Shown here in pieces: positions 4,936 to 5,721 of a stretch of DNA of 5,721 nt. Source of the DNA: a bacterium (GTDB lineage Bacteria > Bacillota > Clostridia > Christensenellales > Aristaeellaceae); the NCBI GenBank assembly GCA_963624325.1, contig CAVFPH010000027.1, positions 15,353-21,073 on the forward strand, read 5' to 3'. The notes under the pieces were generated by a model. It saw nothing but the letters and a program-made list of their open reading frames with translations. It was not told the origin of the DNA and searched no databases. Every line of letters begins with the position of its first letter. Position 1 is the first letter of the stretch. The position numbers and the translations under genes are program-made.

Positions 4936-5721
4936 ATGAAGAGAAGATTACTGCCGGTGCTGCTGATCCTTTTTCTTTGCTGCGCAGCGGCGTATGCGGA
5001 GGGAACTGGCAGCTTAAAGTACGGCGACACGGGGGACGAGGTACTGCGCCTTCAGACACGATTGAAGGACCTGGAATATTATAACGGCCCGCTCAGCGGA
5101 ACCTTTGCCGAGGTGACGCAAAAGGCAGTAAAGGCAGTGCAGGAAGCCTACGGCCTGGAAGAGACCGGCATCGCCGATGAAGCCACGCAGGCAATCATCT
5201 ACGGCGAGTGCTATCGCCCGCTGGAATACGGCATGACGGGCGCGAGCGTAACGCACCTGCAGGAGGCGCTGGCAAGCTACGGTTATTATCACGATAAAAT
5301 CAGCGAAAAATACCTGAAAAACACCCGCTCTGCCGTTGAAAGCTTTCAGAATGACAACGGCCTGGAGGCAACGGGCAAGGCAGACGTAAAAACGCTGGCG
5401 CTGCTTTATTCCGGCACCATTCCGACCCCCACGCCCTCGCCTTCGCCCACGCCTACGGCAACCCCTACGCCCACGCCCACGCCCAACATCACCTATACCG
5501 GCAAGCTGCAGCGCGGGGACACGGGCGAAAGGGTAAAGCAGGTGCAGGAACGCCTCAAGGAGCTGGGATTCTATGAGGGCAAAATCACAACAGGGTTCTA
5601 CAACCGAACCAAGACGGCAGTAAAAAAATTCCAAAAATACAATGCGCTGAAAGAGGACGGTGTTGTCGGCGAGCAGACGTGGAATGCGCTGTTCTCGGAT
5701 ACCGCGGTGCCGGCCTCCGCT
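4936..5721 (+). CDS. Secreted protein with three PG_binding_1 (peptidoglycan-binding) repeats and a Pro/Thr linker; 3' end truncated by the window (likely the N-terminal part of a cell-wall enzyme)
   Basis: My own translation of frame 1 from ATG 4936 is open for 262 codons to the window edge; it is absent from the track because no stop is reached. It has a signal peptide MKRRLLPVLLILFLCCAAAYA|EG. The three repeats match the PG_binding_1 pattern: LKYGDTGDEVLRLQTRLKDLEYYNGPLSG..T..AVKAVQEAYGLEETGIAD, LEYGMTGASVTHLQEALASYGYYHD..., and LQRGDTGERVKQVQERLKELGFYEGKITTGF..T..AVKKFQKYNALKEDGVVG. The opposite-strand 206-aa ORF (5014-5634) is its shadow. Confidence 0.9.
   Translation, partial: MKRRLLPVLLILFLCCAAAYAEGTGSLKYGDTGDEVLRLQTRLKDLEYYNGPLSGTFAEVTQKAVKAVQEAYGLEETGIADEATQAIIYGECYRPLEYGMTGASVTHLQEALASYGYYHDKISEKYLKNTRSAVESFQNDNGLEATGKADVKTLALLYSGTIPTPTPSPSPTPTATPTPTPTPNITYTGKLQRGDTGERVKQVQERLKELGFYEGKITTGFYNRTKTAVKKFQKYNALKEDGVVGEQTWNALFSDTAVPASA
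5422..5484 (+). repeat. Low-complexity tandem ACGCCC-like repeat encoding a Pro/Thr/Ser linker
   Basis: In-frame CCG ACC CCC ACG CCC TCG CCT TCG CCC ACG CCT ACG GCA ACC CCT ACG CCC ACG CCC ACG CCC encodes PTPTPSPSPTPTATPTPTPTP. It lies between PG-binding repeats 2 and 3. Confidence 0.85.

Noticed and set aside
4936-4998. Possible lipoprotein signal (LFLCC) in the PG-binding protein
   Set aside because: The residues before the Cys (L-F-L) do not fit the lipobox, which requires a small residue at position -1. An AYA|E signal-peptidase-I site follows, so I call it a secreted protein rather than a lipoprotein.
5014-5634. 206-aa minus-strand ORF with an RGRGRRG repeat
   Set aside because: It is a shadow of the + strand PG_binding_1 gene. 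The Arg/Gly repeat is simply the reverse complement of the Pro/Thr linker codons (5422-5484).

Overview
This is a GC-rich chromosomal segment with strong AGGAGG-type Shine-Dalgarno sites and sigma-A-like promoters. It looks like a high-GC Firmicutes/Clostridia genome, but that taxonomy is inference only. I support six protein genes plus a possible 3' gene tail. (1) 194-874 (+) is an orphan membrane-anchored protein of unknown function whose ectodomain resembles the N-terminal half of a family-1 ABC solute-binding protein. (2) 944-2230 (+) is a single ORF fusing a HAD-superfamily phosphatase to thymidylate kinase. (3) 2231-3292 (+) is mnmA, the tRNA 2-thiouridylase; its ATG directly abuts the tmk stop codon. 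(4) 3350-4192 (-) is a xylose-isomerase-like TIM-barrel sugar-phosphate isomerase/epimerase, convergent with mnmA across a bidirectional terminator. (5) 4338-4811 (+) is a Cys-rich MarR-family regulator, divergent from (4), with a consensus promoter and palindromic operator-like sites. (6) 4936->5721 (+) is a secreted protein with three PG_binding_1 repeats and a Pro/Thr linker. It runs off the window, so it is missing from the ORF track. I see no tRNA, rRNA, CRISPR array, transposase, integrase, toxin-antitoxin pair or recognisable defence gene, and I cannot support a novel multi-gene system here. The region reads as ordinary housekeeping and cell-envelope DNA. The most unusual item is the HAD-Tmk fusion, followed by the half-SBP-like membrane protein and the cysteine-rich MarR. 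All long antisense ORFs in the track are codon-aligned shadows of the real genes.
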